A model generated the notes under the pieces. It worked only from the letters and a program-made list of their open reading frames with translations. It had not been told where the DNA came from and did not search any database. This document shows, one piece after another, positions 40,348 through 49,872 of a stretch of 58,241 nucleotides of DNA. The stretch lies in assembly GCA_035370465.1 (NCBI GenBank), contig DAOOVW010000001.1, positions 1 to 58,241 of the forward strand, given 5' to 3'. The translations under genes were made by a program, and so were the position numbers. Numbering within the stretch: position 1 is the first letter of the stretch; each line of letters begins with the position of its first letter. This stretch comes from a bacterium (GTDB lineage Bacteria > Ratteibacteria > UBA8468 > B48-G9 > JAFGKM01).

Positions 40348-41631
40348 ATGGAAGATATAAGAAAAGGAAAGGGTGATTATGAATGGTTTATTAAAGCAAG
40401 ATTTGGTCTTTTCATTCATTGGGGACTTTATTCAATGCCGGCGAGACGAGAATGGGTCAGAAGTTATGAGGAAATACCAAATGAAATATATGATGAAAAA
40501 TATTTTAAAAGATTTTATCCAGACCTTTATAATCCAAAAGAATGGGCAAAAATAGCAAAAAATGCAGGAATGAAATATGCAGTGATAACAACAAAACATC
40601 ACGAAGGATTTTGTTTATGGGATAGTAAATTAACTGATTATAAAGCAACAAATACTCCTATTAAAAAAGACCTATTAAGAGAATTTGTTAATGCCTTTAG
40701 AGAAGAAGGGATTAGAATTGGATTTTATTATTCACTGATTGACTGGCATCATCCTCATTATACAATTGATATGTATCATCCATTAAAAAATCATCCAGAA
40801 AAAGAGAAATTAAATAAAGAAAGAGATATGTCTATTTACAGAAAATATTTACATGGACAGATAAAAGAACTTTTAACTGAATATGGAAAAATTGATTTAT
40901 TATTTTGTGATTTCAGTTTTCCAGGACCCGATGGAAAAGGAAAAGATGACTGGGATAGTGAAAATCTTGTAAAAATGATACGGGAATTACAACCACATAT
41001 ATTGATAAATGACCGACTTGACCTTCCTGATGCATGGGATTTTAAAACACCTGAACAGGCAGTTCCTTATGAATGGCCAGAAGTTAATGGCAAAAAAGTA
41101 ATCTGGGAGTCATGTCAAACATTTTCAAGTATATCATGGGGATATAACAGAGATGATATATGGAGAGATAGCGAAGAAATTACAAAAACACTCATTGATT
41201 GTGTAAGTAAAGGAGGAAATTTACTTTTAAATGTTGGACCAACTGCAAGAGGTGATTTTGATTATAAGTCAAGAAAAAGATTGGAAGAAATTGGTAATTG
41301 GATGAAGTATAATTCAAGGGCAATTTATAATTGTACTCAAGCACCTAAGGAATTTAATATCCCTAAGGATTGTAGATTAACATATAATCCAGAAAAAGGA
41401 ACTCTCTATATTCATTTATTTTCTTACCCTTACAAATTTTTATTTTTAGAAGGAAAAGAATGGAAAGAAAATGGCTCTTATGCACAACTCTTAAATGATG
41501 GCAGCGAAATAAAAATAGGACTTGATGAATGGTATAAAAATCAATTAGGGGATAAAGAAGGAATTGTTCTATGTTTACCGCCAATTAAACCAAATGTTTC
41601 TGTTCCAGTAATTGAGTTATTTTTAAAATAA
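40348..41631 (+). CDS. Alpha-L-fucosidase (GH29), no signal peptide
   Basis: EWFIKARFGLFIHWGLYS...KHHEGFCLWDS...YYSLIDWHHP GH29 signatures. Confidence 0.8.
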   Translation: MEDIRKGKGDYEWFIKARFGLFIHWGLYSMPARREWVRSYEEIPNEIYDEKYFKRFYPDLYNPKEWAKIAKNAGMKYAVITTKHHEGFCLWDSKLTDYKATNTPIKKDLLREFVNAFREEGIRIGFYYSLIDWHHPHYTIDMYHPLKNHPEKEKLNKERDMSIYRKYLHGQIKELLTEYGKIDLLFCDFSFPGPDGKGKDDWDSENLVKMIRELQPHILINDRLDLPDAWDFKTPEQAVPYEWPEVNGKKVIWESCQTFSSISWGYNRDDIWRDSEEITKTLIDCVSKGGNLLLNVGPTARGDFDYKSRKRLEEIGNWMKYNSRAIYNCTQAPKEFNIPKDCRLTYNPEKGTLYIHLFSYPYKFLFLEGKEWKENGSYAQLLNDGSEIKIGLDEWYKNQLGDKEGIVLCLPPIKPNVSVPVIELFLK

Positions 41632-41655
41632 ATATCAAACAATGAATAAAATAAA

Positions 41656-42936
41656 ATGGAAAAAGAACTTGCAAAAAAAGGTATTATAAGTAAAGGTGTA
41701 AAATTTATTTCAGAAAAAGAAAATGTAAATCCCGAAATTATTGCTAAAAACATTGCAGAAGGGACATGTGTAATTTTAAAACATAAGGATACATATTTAG
41801 GAATTGGGAAGGACTTAAAAACAAAAATAAATACAAATATTGGAACTTCTCCTGATATATTTGATTTAAACTTAGAAATTCAAAAATTAAAATATGCAAT
41901 TAAATATGGAACTGATACTTTAATGGATTTAAGCACAGGTGGAGACCTTAATAAAATAAGAAAAGAAATAATAAAAGAAAGTTCAGTTCCAATTGGAACA
42001 GTTCCAATATATCAATCAGCAATTGAAGTAGCAGAAGAAAAAGGCGGAATAACAAAAATGGATGCGGATAAAATTTTCCAAATAATTGAACAACATGCGA
42101 AAGATGGGGTAAGTTTTATGACTGTTCATTGCGGTATAACTTTAAATACACTTCAACGACTGAAAAAAAATCCAAGAAAAACGCTTGTTGTAAGTAGAGG
42201 AGGGGCTTTTCTTATTTCATGGATGATATCTAATGAAAAAGAAAACCCTTTATATAAAAATTTTGACCGATTACTTGAAATTGCTAAAAAGTATGATGTT
42301 GTTTTAAGTTTAGGAGATGCAATGAGGCCAGGAGGTATTATTGATTCTACTGATATTGCTCAAATTGATGAACTCTTAAATTTAGGAGAACTTACAAGAT
42401 ATGCTGAAGAAGAAAATGTACAGGTAATAATTGAAGGACCTGGTCATATCCCAATTGATGAAATAGAAACAAATGTAAAATTAGAGAAAAAAATATGTAA
42501 AGGAGCTCCGTTTTATGTTCTTGGACCTATCGTGACTGATATTGCTCCTGGGTATGACCATATAACAGGTGCAATTGGTGCTTCTATTGCTGGTTGGTGT
42601 GGTGCTGATTTTTTATGTTATGTTACTTCTGCTGAGCATATTTGTCTACCTGGATTAGATGAAGTAATAGATGGAGTTATATCTTCAAAAATTGCTGCTC
42701 ATGTTGCAGATATAGGAAAGGGAATAAAGGGAACAAAGGAAATTGATTATAAAATGGATATGTACAGAACTGATAGAAATTGGGAAAAAGAAAAAGAAAT
42801 ATCTTTTTTCCCAGATAAATTTGAGCAATTACACAAAAAATATGAGAAAACCGAAAGAGATGTTTGTACAATGTGTGGAAAATACTGTGCAATTAAGTTA
42901 GTAGAACAATATCTTGGCTCCAAAATCATATTTTAA
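41656..42936 (+). CDS. thiC: Phosphomethylpyrimidine synthase
   Basis: TDTLMDLSTGGDL and a C-terminal CTMCGKYCAIK (Fe-S) motif. Confidence 0.9.
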   Translation: MEKELAKKGIISKGVKFISEKENVNPEIIAKNIAEGTCVILKHKDTYLGIGKDLKTKINTNIGTSPDIFDLNLEIQKLKYAIKYGTDTLMDLSTGGDLNKIRKEIIKESSVPIGTVPIYQSAIEVAEEKGGITKMDADKIFQIIEQHAKDGVSFMTVHCGITLNTLQRLKKNPRKTLVVSRGGAFLISWMISNEKENPLYKNFDRLLEIAKKYDVVLSLGDAMRPGGIIDSTDIAQIDELLNLGELTRYAEEENVQVIIEGPGHIPIDEIETNVKLEKKICKGAPFYVLGPIVTDIAPGYDHITGAIGASIAGWCGADFLCYVTSAEHICLPGLDEVIDGVISSKIAAHVADIGKGIKGTKEIDYKMDMYRTDRNWEKEKEISFFPDKFEQLHKKYEKTERDVCTMCGKYCAIKLVEQYLGSKIIF

Positions 42937-42937
42937 A

Positions 42938-43426
42938 ATGAGAAAAATAAGAAAATATGGAGAAGAAATATTAAGAAAAAAAAGTAAAGAAGTAGAAAAA
43001 ATAGATACTAATTTGTTAAAATTGATTGAAAGTATGAAACAAACATTGGTTTATTATAAAGGGTTAGGACTTGCTGCCTGTCAGGTTGGTGTTTTAAAAA
43101 GGGTAATTGTTGCTTTAGACCAAAAAACAAAAGAAATAATAACTGTTATAAATCCTGAAATTGTTGAAACAAGTGGGCAGGATATTGATATGGAAGGATG
43201 TTTAAGTTTCCCTGAAATTTATTTCTCTATAAAAAGACCCAAAAAAGTAACTTTAAAAGGAATAAATGAAAAGGGAAAAGAATTTATTTATGAAGGTAGT
43301 GGAGTATTAGGTAGATGTTTCTGTCATGAAGTAGACCATTTAAATAGTATTTTAATTATTGATTATGCAACTGAAGAGGAAAGAAACTATTGGAAAGAAA
43401 AAATAGATAAAATAAAAAATAAATAA
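42938..43426 (+). CDS. def: Peptide deformylase
   Basis: GLAACQVG, EGCLSFP and HEVDHL motifs. ATG at 42938, immediately after the thiC stop. Confidence 0.85.
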   Translation: MRKIRKYGEEILRKKSKEVEKIDTNLLKLIESMKQTLVYYKGLGLAACQVGVLKRVIVALDQKTKEIITVINPEIVETSGQDIDMEGCLSFPEIYFSIKRPKKVTLKGINEKGKEFIYEGSGVLGRCFCHEVDHLNSILIIDYATEEERNYWKEKIDKIKNK

Positions 43427-43599
43427 AAGTGTAAAATTCAAAATGTAAAGCGAAAAATAAAAATGTAAAAAAGAAACAAAAAGAGTTAACTTTTTAAACT
43501 TTAAGTTGTAATTTTACATCCTACAAAAGGCATCGGGGGATAATAGAAAACTCGTTTTTAATTTTTATATCAATTATTTTCTAAAAGGATATATGGAAA

Positions 43600-45189
43600 A
43601 TGATACCTGATTATCTTGTTTCATTTGATACAGAAAAATTATCAATTGAAGAAGTAGATTTTCTTATAATTGGTGGTGGAGTTGCAGGATTAAGGGCTAC
43701 CCTTGAAATAAAAAATTATAAAACACTTATTGTTTTTAAAAATGGTATTGAAGAGTCATCATCTTTTAATGCTCAGGGAGGAATTGCAAGTGCAATTGCT
43801 CCTGGGGATAAAGATGAATACCATATAAATGATACTTTGAAAACTGGCTGTGGAATTGCAGATAAACAAGCAGTTGAAGTGTTAGTAAAAGAAGGGAAAG
43901 AAAGAATTAAAGAATTGATAGAAATGGGATTTAAATTTGATAAAATTAATGGAAAATTCCATTTTACTCTTGAAGGTGGACATTCTGTGCCAAGAATTTT
44001 ACATTCAAATGGCGATTTTACAGGACAGACATTAACAAGTTTTTTATATGAAAAAGTCCTTTCAATGCCTAACATAAAAATTATTCATTCTTTTTTTTTA
44101 ATAGACCTTATTGTTGAAGAAAATAAGGTCTATGGAGGAATTTTTTTAAATACAGAAAATAAAAAATTATTTATTATAAAAGCAAAAGCAGTTATTTTAG
44201 CAACAGGAGGAGCAGGAAATGTTTATCAGGAAACAACAAATCCATCAAGTATAACAGGTGATGGAATAGCAATTGCATATAGAAGTGGAGCAGTTTTATC
44301 TGATATGGAATTTGTCCAATTTCATCCAACTACACTTTACATTGCAGGTGCTCCAAGATTTCTAATTTCGGAAAGTGTCCGAGGAGAAGGGGGAATATTA
44401 AGAAATATTAATGGTGAAAGGTTTATGTTTAAATATGATAAAAATGGAGAACTCGCTCCAAGAGATATTGTATCAAGAGCAATAATAGATGAAATAAAAA
44501 GGACCTCTTCAAGTTGTGTTTATTTAGATATAACACATCTTAAAAAATCATACATTAAAAAAAGATTCCCTCATATTTTCAAATTCTGCCTTTCATATGG
44601 ACTTGATATTACAAAAAATCTTATTCCAGTCAGGCCTTCTGCACATTATTTTATTGGTGGAATAAAAACAAATTTATGGGGACAAACAAATATTAAAAAC
44701 TTTTTTGCGTGTGGAGAAACAGCATCCACAGGAGTCCACGGAGCAAATCGGCTTGCCAGTAATTCTCTCCTTGAAGGACTTGTTTTCGGAGCAAGGTGTG
44801 GGAAAAAAATAATTGAAGATTTTAGCAATATAAAAATTCAAAATATTAAACAAAAATATAAATTCCCACAAAAAGGAGATATTTTAATTGACAGATATGA
44901 CCTTAAAAGGTCTATAAAAAGTTTAATGTGGAGACAGGTAGGGATTGAAAGAAATGGAGATAAATTAAAAGATGCCAATAATAGATTAAAAGAATGGGAA
45001 AAATATGCTTTTCTAAAAGAGTTTTATGATAAAGATGGGTTTGAAGCACAAAATATGTTAATTGTCTCAAAATTGATTGCCCATTCTTCTTTAAAAAGGA
45101 AAGAAAGTAGAGGAACTCATTTTCGTTTTGATTTCCCGTGTACTGATGACAGATGGGAAAAACACATACTTATTAAGAAAAATAAATAA
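43600..45189 (+). CDS. nadB: L-aspartate oxidase
   Basis: DFLIIGGGVAGLRA FAD motif, RILHSNGDFTGQ and C-terminal RGTHFRFDFP typical of NadB. Confidence 0.85.
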   Translation: MIPDYLVSFDTEKLSIEEVDFLIIGGGVAGLRATLEIKNYKTLIVFKNGIEESSSFNAQGGIASAIAPGDKDEYHINDTLKTGCGIADKQAVEVLVKEGKERIKELIEMGFKFDKINGKFHFTLEGGHSVPRILHSNGDFTGQTLTSFLYEKVLSMPNIKIIHSFFLIDLIVEENKVYGGIFLNTENKKLFIIKAKAVILATGGAGNVYQETTNPSSITGDGIAIAYRSGAVLSDMEFVQFHPTTLYIAGAPRFLISESVRGEGGILRNINGERFMFKYDKNGELAPRDIVSRAIIDEIKRTSSSCVYLDITHLKKSYIKKRFPHIFKFCLSYGLDITKNLIPVRPSAHYFIGGIKTNLWGQTNIKNFFACGETASTGVHGANRLASNSLLEGLVFGARCGKKIIEDFSNIKIQNIKQKYKFPQKGDILIDRYDLKRSIKSLMWRQVGIERNGDKLKDANNRLKEWEKYAFLKEFYDKDGFEAQNMLIVSKLIAHSSLKRKESRGTHFRFDFPCTDDRWEKHILIKKNK

Positions 45190-45414
45190 TCAGAAAAAAA
45201 ATTAAAAAGTGTAAAATGTAAAGAGTAAAGTGTAAAACGAAAATATAAAACGCGTATTTTAGCGTCCAGCTATGTAGTGTGGCGGATTCAAAACGAAGAA
45301 GAACAAAAACCCAATACTTTTTACATTTTTAATTTTACACTTTCAACTTTAAATTTATAAATTGTTCTTCTATATGCCCATTATAATAATCTTTATTAAG
45401 TTTTTATATAAAAA

Positions 45415-46803
45415 ATGATAAAAGATAGAATAAAAGAAAAAAAACAAAAACCTGAAGAAAGAAAAAGAAATTTTAATGAAGTTTCTTTTGGTTATACAAA
45501 GGAAGAGGCAGTTGAAGAAAGTAAAAGATGTCTTCAATGTCCAAAAGGTCCCTGTGTGCAGGGATGTCCTGTTGGAATTAACATACCTGCCTTTATAAAA
45601 GAATTACAAGAAGGGAATATTCAAAAGGCACTTGATATAATTTATGAAAAAAACTTACTTCCCGCTATTTGTGGAAGAGTTTGTCCTCAGGAAACACAAT
45701 GTGAATTATTTTGTAGTTTAAATAAAGCAAAAAAACCAGTTGCTATTGGAAAACTTGAAAGATTTGCTGCTGATTACGGACAACAGATATACAAATGTAA
45801 TACTGAAAAAATATCAGAAATTGATAAAAATAAAATTGCAGTAATTGGTTCTGGTCCTGCTGGATTAACATGTGCGGCTGAACTTGCAAAATGTGGGATT
45901 AAAGTAACAATATTTGAAGGATTGCATTTACCGGGAGGAGTTCTTTCATATGGAATCCCTGAGTTTCGTCTTCCAAAATCAATTGTTTTTAAAGAAATTG
46001 AATTTCTCAAAAAGATAGGAGTTGAAATAAAAACAGATATAATTGTTGGAAAAACAATTACCATTGAAGACATTTTTAATGACGAGTATAGAGCAATTTT
46101 TATTGGCAGTGGTGCTGGTCTTCCTTCATTTATGGGTATATCAGGAGAAAATTTATTAGGTATCTATTCGGCAAATGAATTTTTAACAAGAGTGAATCTT
46201 ATGAAGGCATACAATTTTCCTGAATATGATACTCCTGTTTTTATTGGTAAAAGAGTTGCTGTTATTGGAGGAGGAAATGTAGCAATGGATTCTGCAAGAA
46301 GTTCATTAAGATTAGGAGCAAATGAGGTATTTATACTTTATAGAAGAACCGAAAAAGAAATGCCAGCAAGAAAAGAAGAATATGAAAATGCTGTTGAGGA
46401 AGGTATTAAATTTACCTTTTTAGTCCAACCACTTGAAATAATCGGAGATGAAAATGGACATGTAAAAGGGATAAAAGTTATACATAATGAATTGGGGAAA
46501 CCAGATGAAAGTGGTAGAAGAAGACCGGTTCCAATTGAAGGGACTGAAGAAATTTTATCTTTTGACACAATTATTGTTGCAATAGGTCAAAATCCAAGTC
46601 CATTAATTCCAAAAAGTTATGAAAAACTAAAAACAGGTAAAAAAGGAAATATAGAAGTAAATCCAGAGACATGTGAAACAAACATACCTGGAATTTTTGC
46701 AGGAGGAGATATAGCAACAGGAGCAGCAACAGTAATAAGTGCAATGGGAATGGGGAAAACAGCAGCAAAGAATATAATTGAAAGAATAAAAAAGGGGCAA
46801 TAA
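45415..46803 (+). CDS. Glutamate synthase small subunit-like (GltD/NfnB/SudA family) FAD/NAD(P)H oxidoreductase with Fe-S clusters
   Basis: CLQCPKGPCVQGCPVGINIP...CGRVCPQETQCE Cys clusters, then two dinucleotide-binding motifs (IAVIGSGPAGL, VAVIGGGNVAMD). Confidence 0.8.
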   Translation: MIKDRIKEKKQKPEERKRNFNEVSFGYTKEEAVEESKRCLQCPKGPCVQGCPVGINIPAFIKELQEGNIQKALDIIYEKNLLPAICGRVCPQETQCELFCSLNKAKKPVAIGKLERFAADYGQQIYKCNTEKISEIDKNKIAVIGSGPAGLTCAAELAKCGIKVTIFEGLHLPGGVLSYGIPEFRLPKSIVFKEIEFLKKIGVEIKTDIIVGKTITIEDIFNDEYRAIFIGSGAGLPSFMGISGENLLGIYSANEFLTRVNLMKAYNFPEYDTPVFIGKRVAVIGGGNVAMDSARSSLRLGANEVFILYRRTEKEMPARKEEYENAVEEGIKFTFLVQPLEIIGDENGHVKGIKVIHNELGKPDESGRRRPVPIEGTEEILSFDTIIVAIGQNPSPLIPKSYEKLKTGKKGNIEVNPETCETNIPGIFAGGDIATGAATVISAMGMGKTAAKNIIERIKKGQ

Positions 46804-46804
46804 T

Positions 46805-47386
46805 ATGAAAATAAAAATGTCAATTTGTAAATGGACTTATAGAAATAGAGGCATTTTAGTTAGTCCTCCACTATTATTTGCAATTTTTTCTTTTTTTGAT
46901 GAGATTGAAGTTGATTATTTAATCTGGCCACTTGGTATTTCAATTTTTCTTTTAGGACTTTTACTTCGCATCTGGGCACAGGAACATATACATTATCGTT
47001 TGAAAACAGAAGGTCATTTAACTACCACAGGCCCATATACTTCTATCAGAAATCCTATTTATTTAGGTAATACTTTAATTTGTGTCAGTGCAACTATTTT
47101 ATCAGAACTTTTATGGCTTGTTCCTATTACAATTATATGGTGTGGAATTGTTTATTCCCTTGTTGTTAGATATGAAGAAGAAAATTTATTAGAATTGTAT
47201 GGAGAACAATATCATAAATATATGTCAGAAGTTCCACGATGGTTCCCTCACTCATTTAAAAACGCTAAAAATTTGATGTTTAAAAATGAATATCTAAGTG
47301 CTTCCTTAATTGCAGAAATTCAATGTCTATTTGCTTTATTGCCACCAATTTTAAAGGAAATAATATCTTTCTGGATAAATCATTAA
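46805..47386 (+). CDS. Isoprenylcysteine carboxyl methyltransferase (ICMT) / PEMT family membrane methyltransferase
   Basis: Multi-TM protein with HLTTTGPYTSIRNPIYLG...RYEEENLLELYGEQY, a family-typical motif. Confidence 0.65.
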   Translation: MKIKMSICKWTYRNRGILVSPPLLFAIFSFFDEIEVDYLIWPLGISIFLLGLLLRIWAQEHIHYRLKTEGHLTTTGPYTSIRNPIYLGNTLICVSATILSELLWLVPITIIWCGIVYSLVVRYEEENLLELYGEQYHKYMSEVPRWFPHSFKNAKNLMFKNEYLSASLIAEIQCLFALLPPILKEIISFWINH

Positions 47387-47425
47387 TTATTTCTTTTTTC
47401 TGTTCATACCATATAATATCTTTAA

Positions 47426-47454
47426 TTGACCTGAAATAATCTCTATGATAAAAT
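47426..47454 (+). promoter_or_regulatory. Sigma70-like promoter, TTGACC-17-TAAAAT with a TG extension, upstream of the SPFH gene
   Basis: Hexamers spaced 17 nt, about 35 nt upstream of the RBS GGAGG. Confidence 0.45.
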
Positions 47455-47489
47455 CAAGTCAATAGAAATTTAACCTTAAAAAGGAGGAA

Positions 47490-48233
47490 ATGATGGGATG
47501 GATAATTTTAGGTGTTTTTGTATTTATTTTGCTTGCGAATTCAATTAAAGTTGTTAATGAATATGAAAGAGGAGTTATTTTTCGTCTTGGACGACTTGTT
47601 GGAGCAAGAGGGCCTGGTCTTTTTTTCCTTATTCCTATTATTGAAAGAATGGTAAAAATTAGTTTGAGAATAATAACATTTGATGTAACTCCACAGGAAG
47701 TTATGACAAAAGACAATGTTCCAATAAAAGTAAATGCAGTTGTTTATTTCAGAGTTATGGACCCAAATAAGGCAATTGTAGAAGTTGAAAATTATCAAAT
47801 GGCAACAATGCAGATAGCACAAACAACTTTAAGAGGAATTGTAGGACAACACGAGTTAGATGAAATTCTTGCAGAAAGGGAAAAAATAAATCAACGACTA
47901 CAACAGATAATAGATGAACAAACAGACCCATGGGGAATAAAAGTAAGTATTGTAGAAATAAAAGAAGTAGAACTTCCTGATACTATGAAAAGAGCAATGG
48001 CAAGACAGGCAGAAGTTGAAAGAGAAAGAAGAGCAAGAGTTATAAACGCAGAAGGTGAATTACAGGCATCAGAAAAACTAAAACAGGCAGCAGAAGTTTT
48101 ATCTCAAAGTCCAGTGGCAGTGCAGTTAAGGTTTTTCCAGACAGCATCAGAAATAGCAGCAGAAAAAAATTCTACCCTTGTTTTTCCAATACCACTTGAA
48201 TTTCTAAAGTATCTTGAAAAAAAGAATGAATGA
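47490..48233 (+). CDS. SPFH/band-7 (stomatin-like) protein
   Basis: N-terminal TM helix, then [15 protein letters not shown]... SPFH domain and a coiled-coil tail. Confidence 0.8.
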   Translation: MMGWIILGVFVFILLANSIKVVNEYERGVIFRLGRLVGARGPGLFFLIPIIERMVKISLRIITFDVTPQEVMTKDNVPIKVNAVVYFRVMDPNKAIVEVENYQMATMQIAQTTLRGIVGQHELDEILAEREKINQRLQQIIDEQTDPWGIKVSIVEIKEVELPDTMKRAMARQAEVERERRARVINAEGELQASEKLKQAAEVLSQSPVAVQLRFFQTASEIAAEKNSTLVFPIPLEFLKYLEKKNE

Positions 48234-49086
48234 CTTTAAAAAAATAGGCATTGTTGGGTTAGGACTTATTGGTGGTTCTATTGGCAAGACAATAAAAAAG
48301 AAAAGTAGTAAGATAACTGTCTATGGAATTAGTAGAAGACAAGCAACTCTAATCAAAGCAAAAGAAGAGAATATAATTGATGAATATTTTTTAAATTTTG
48401 ATGAAATTGTAGAAAATTCTGAACTTTTGGTTCTTTGCACTCCAATAGATAAAATTGAATATTACTTTAGAAAAATAAAACAGACAGGGAAAAATATATA
48501 TCTTACAGATGTTGCAAGTGTAAAAAAAAGAATTGTAGAAAAAGGAGAAAAAATTTTAGGCCCATTATTCCCATATGTCGGTTCTCACCCAATGGCTGGT
48601 TCAGAAGAAACAGGACTTTTTGCTTCATCTGATAATTTATTTGAAGGAAAAAATGTAATAATTACTCCAACAAAATCATCAGATAAAAATGTCGTTAAGA
48701 AAATTGAAAATTTCTGGCAATTTCTTGGTGCAAATACATTTTTTCTTACTCCATCTGAACATGATAAATTTGTTTCCCTAACGAGTCATCTTCCGCATTT
48801 CCTTGTTTTTCAGTTCTTAAAAATAATCAGTCAGGAAAAAGAAAAAAAGAAAATAGAAAAATGTATTGGTCCTGGTTTTTTAGATAGCACAAGAATAGGA
48901 AAAAGCAATGTTGAAATGTGGACAGAAATTTTTCTGAATAATAAAGAAAACATATTGAGGGGTATATCAAAACTTCAAAAGGAAATTGAGAAAACAAAAA
49001 AATATTTAAAAGCAAATAACAAAGAGAAAATACTTAAAGAATTTGAAAAGGGAAATAAATGGAGAAACTCAATTGAAAAAAAATGA
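48226..49086 (+). CDS. tyrA: Prephenate dehydrogenase
   Basis: [18 protein letters not shown] motif and HPMAGSE motif. The ATG overlaps the upstream stop (ATGAATGA). The ORF track begins at a TTG at 48214. Confidence 0.75.
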   Translation: MNDFKKIGIVGLGLIGGSIGKTIKKKSSKITVYGISRRQATLIKAKEENIIDEYFLNFDEIVENSELLVLCTPIDKIEYYFRKIKQTGKNIYLTDVASVKKRIVEKGEKILGPLFPYVGSHPMAGSEETGLFASSDNLFEGKNVIITPTKSSDKNVVKKIENFWQFLGANTFFLTPSEHDKFVSLTSHLPHFLVFQFLKIISQEKEKKKIEKCIGPGFLDSTRIGKSNVEMWTEIFLNNKENILRGISKLQKEIEKTKKYLKANNKEKILKEFEKGNKWRNSIEKK

Positions 49087-49867
49087 CCTTATAAAAAAAG
49101 CAAAAAGAATAGTTATAAAAATTGGAACTAATGTTTTAACAACACAAACAAATCGTTTAGATACTTCAATAATTGAACATCTTGTTGAACAAATTACATA
49201 TTTAATTGAGAAAAAAGAAAAAGAAATAATAATAGTAACTTCTGGGGCAATTTTATCCGGTATGCAGGTTTTAAATTGGGAGGAAAAACCAAAACAAATA
49301 AATGAACTTCAAGCAGTTGCAAGTATTGGACAGGGTAAATTAATGGGTGCCTATGAAAGAATTTTTAAGGAAGAGGGTATAAATGTTGGACAAATTCTTC
49401 TTACAAGGGATATTTTTATGAGTAAGAAAAGGGCAAAAATTGCAAGAGAAACAATATTAACACTTTTGAAACATAAAATTGTCCCTATAATAAATGAAAA
49501 TGATAGTGTTGCTTTTGAAGACATAAAATTTGGAGATAATGATATACTATCTGCTTATGTTACAAACTTAATTGAAGCAGATATTCTAATTCTTATAACA
49601 GATGTTGATGGGCTTTATAAAAATTATTCAGATAAAAAAGGTGGAGTAATAAGAGAAGTTAAAGATATAGAAAAATTGGAAAATATTTCATTTCTGGGAA
49701 AGACATCAAGAAAAGGAACAGGGGGAATGAAAAGTAAAATACAGGCAGCAAATATTGTTACAAAAAATGGAAAGCCCTGTTTAATAATAAATGGGAAAAA
49801 AATGTGGACACTAAAAAAAGTTTTTGAGGGAAAAGAAATAGGAACATTTTTTTATCCAGCGAGGTAG
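49043..49867 (+). CDS. proB: Glutamate 5-kinase
   Basis: RIVIKIGTNVLT...IIVTSGAI... kinase core. The start is uncertain: TTG at 49043, or TTG at 49073 with a GGAGA RBS. Confidence 0.8.
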   Translation: MKREINGETQLKKNDLIKKAKRIVIKIGTNVLTTQTNRLDTSIIEHLVEQITYLIEKKEKEIIIVTSGAILSGMQVLNWEEKPKQINELQAVASIGQGKLMGAYERIFKEEGINVGQILLTRDIFMSKKRAKIARETILTLLKHKIVPIINENDSVAFEDIKFGDNDILSAYVTNLIEADILILITDVDGLYKNYSDKKGGVIREVKDIEKLENISFLGKTSRKGTGGMKSKIQAANIVTKNGKPCLIINGKKMWTLKKVFEGKEIGTFFYPAR

Positions 49868-49872
49868 AAAAA

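Noticed and set aside
41632-41655. TPP riboswitch upstream of thiC
   Set aside because: Only 24 nt separate the fucosidase stop from the thiC start, too short for a THI-box, and no THI-box-like conserved stem is visible.
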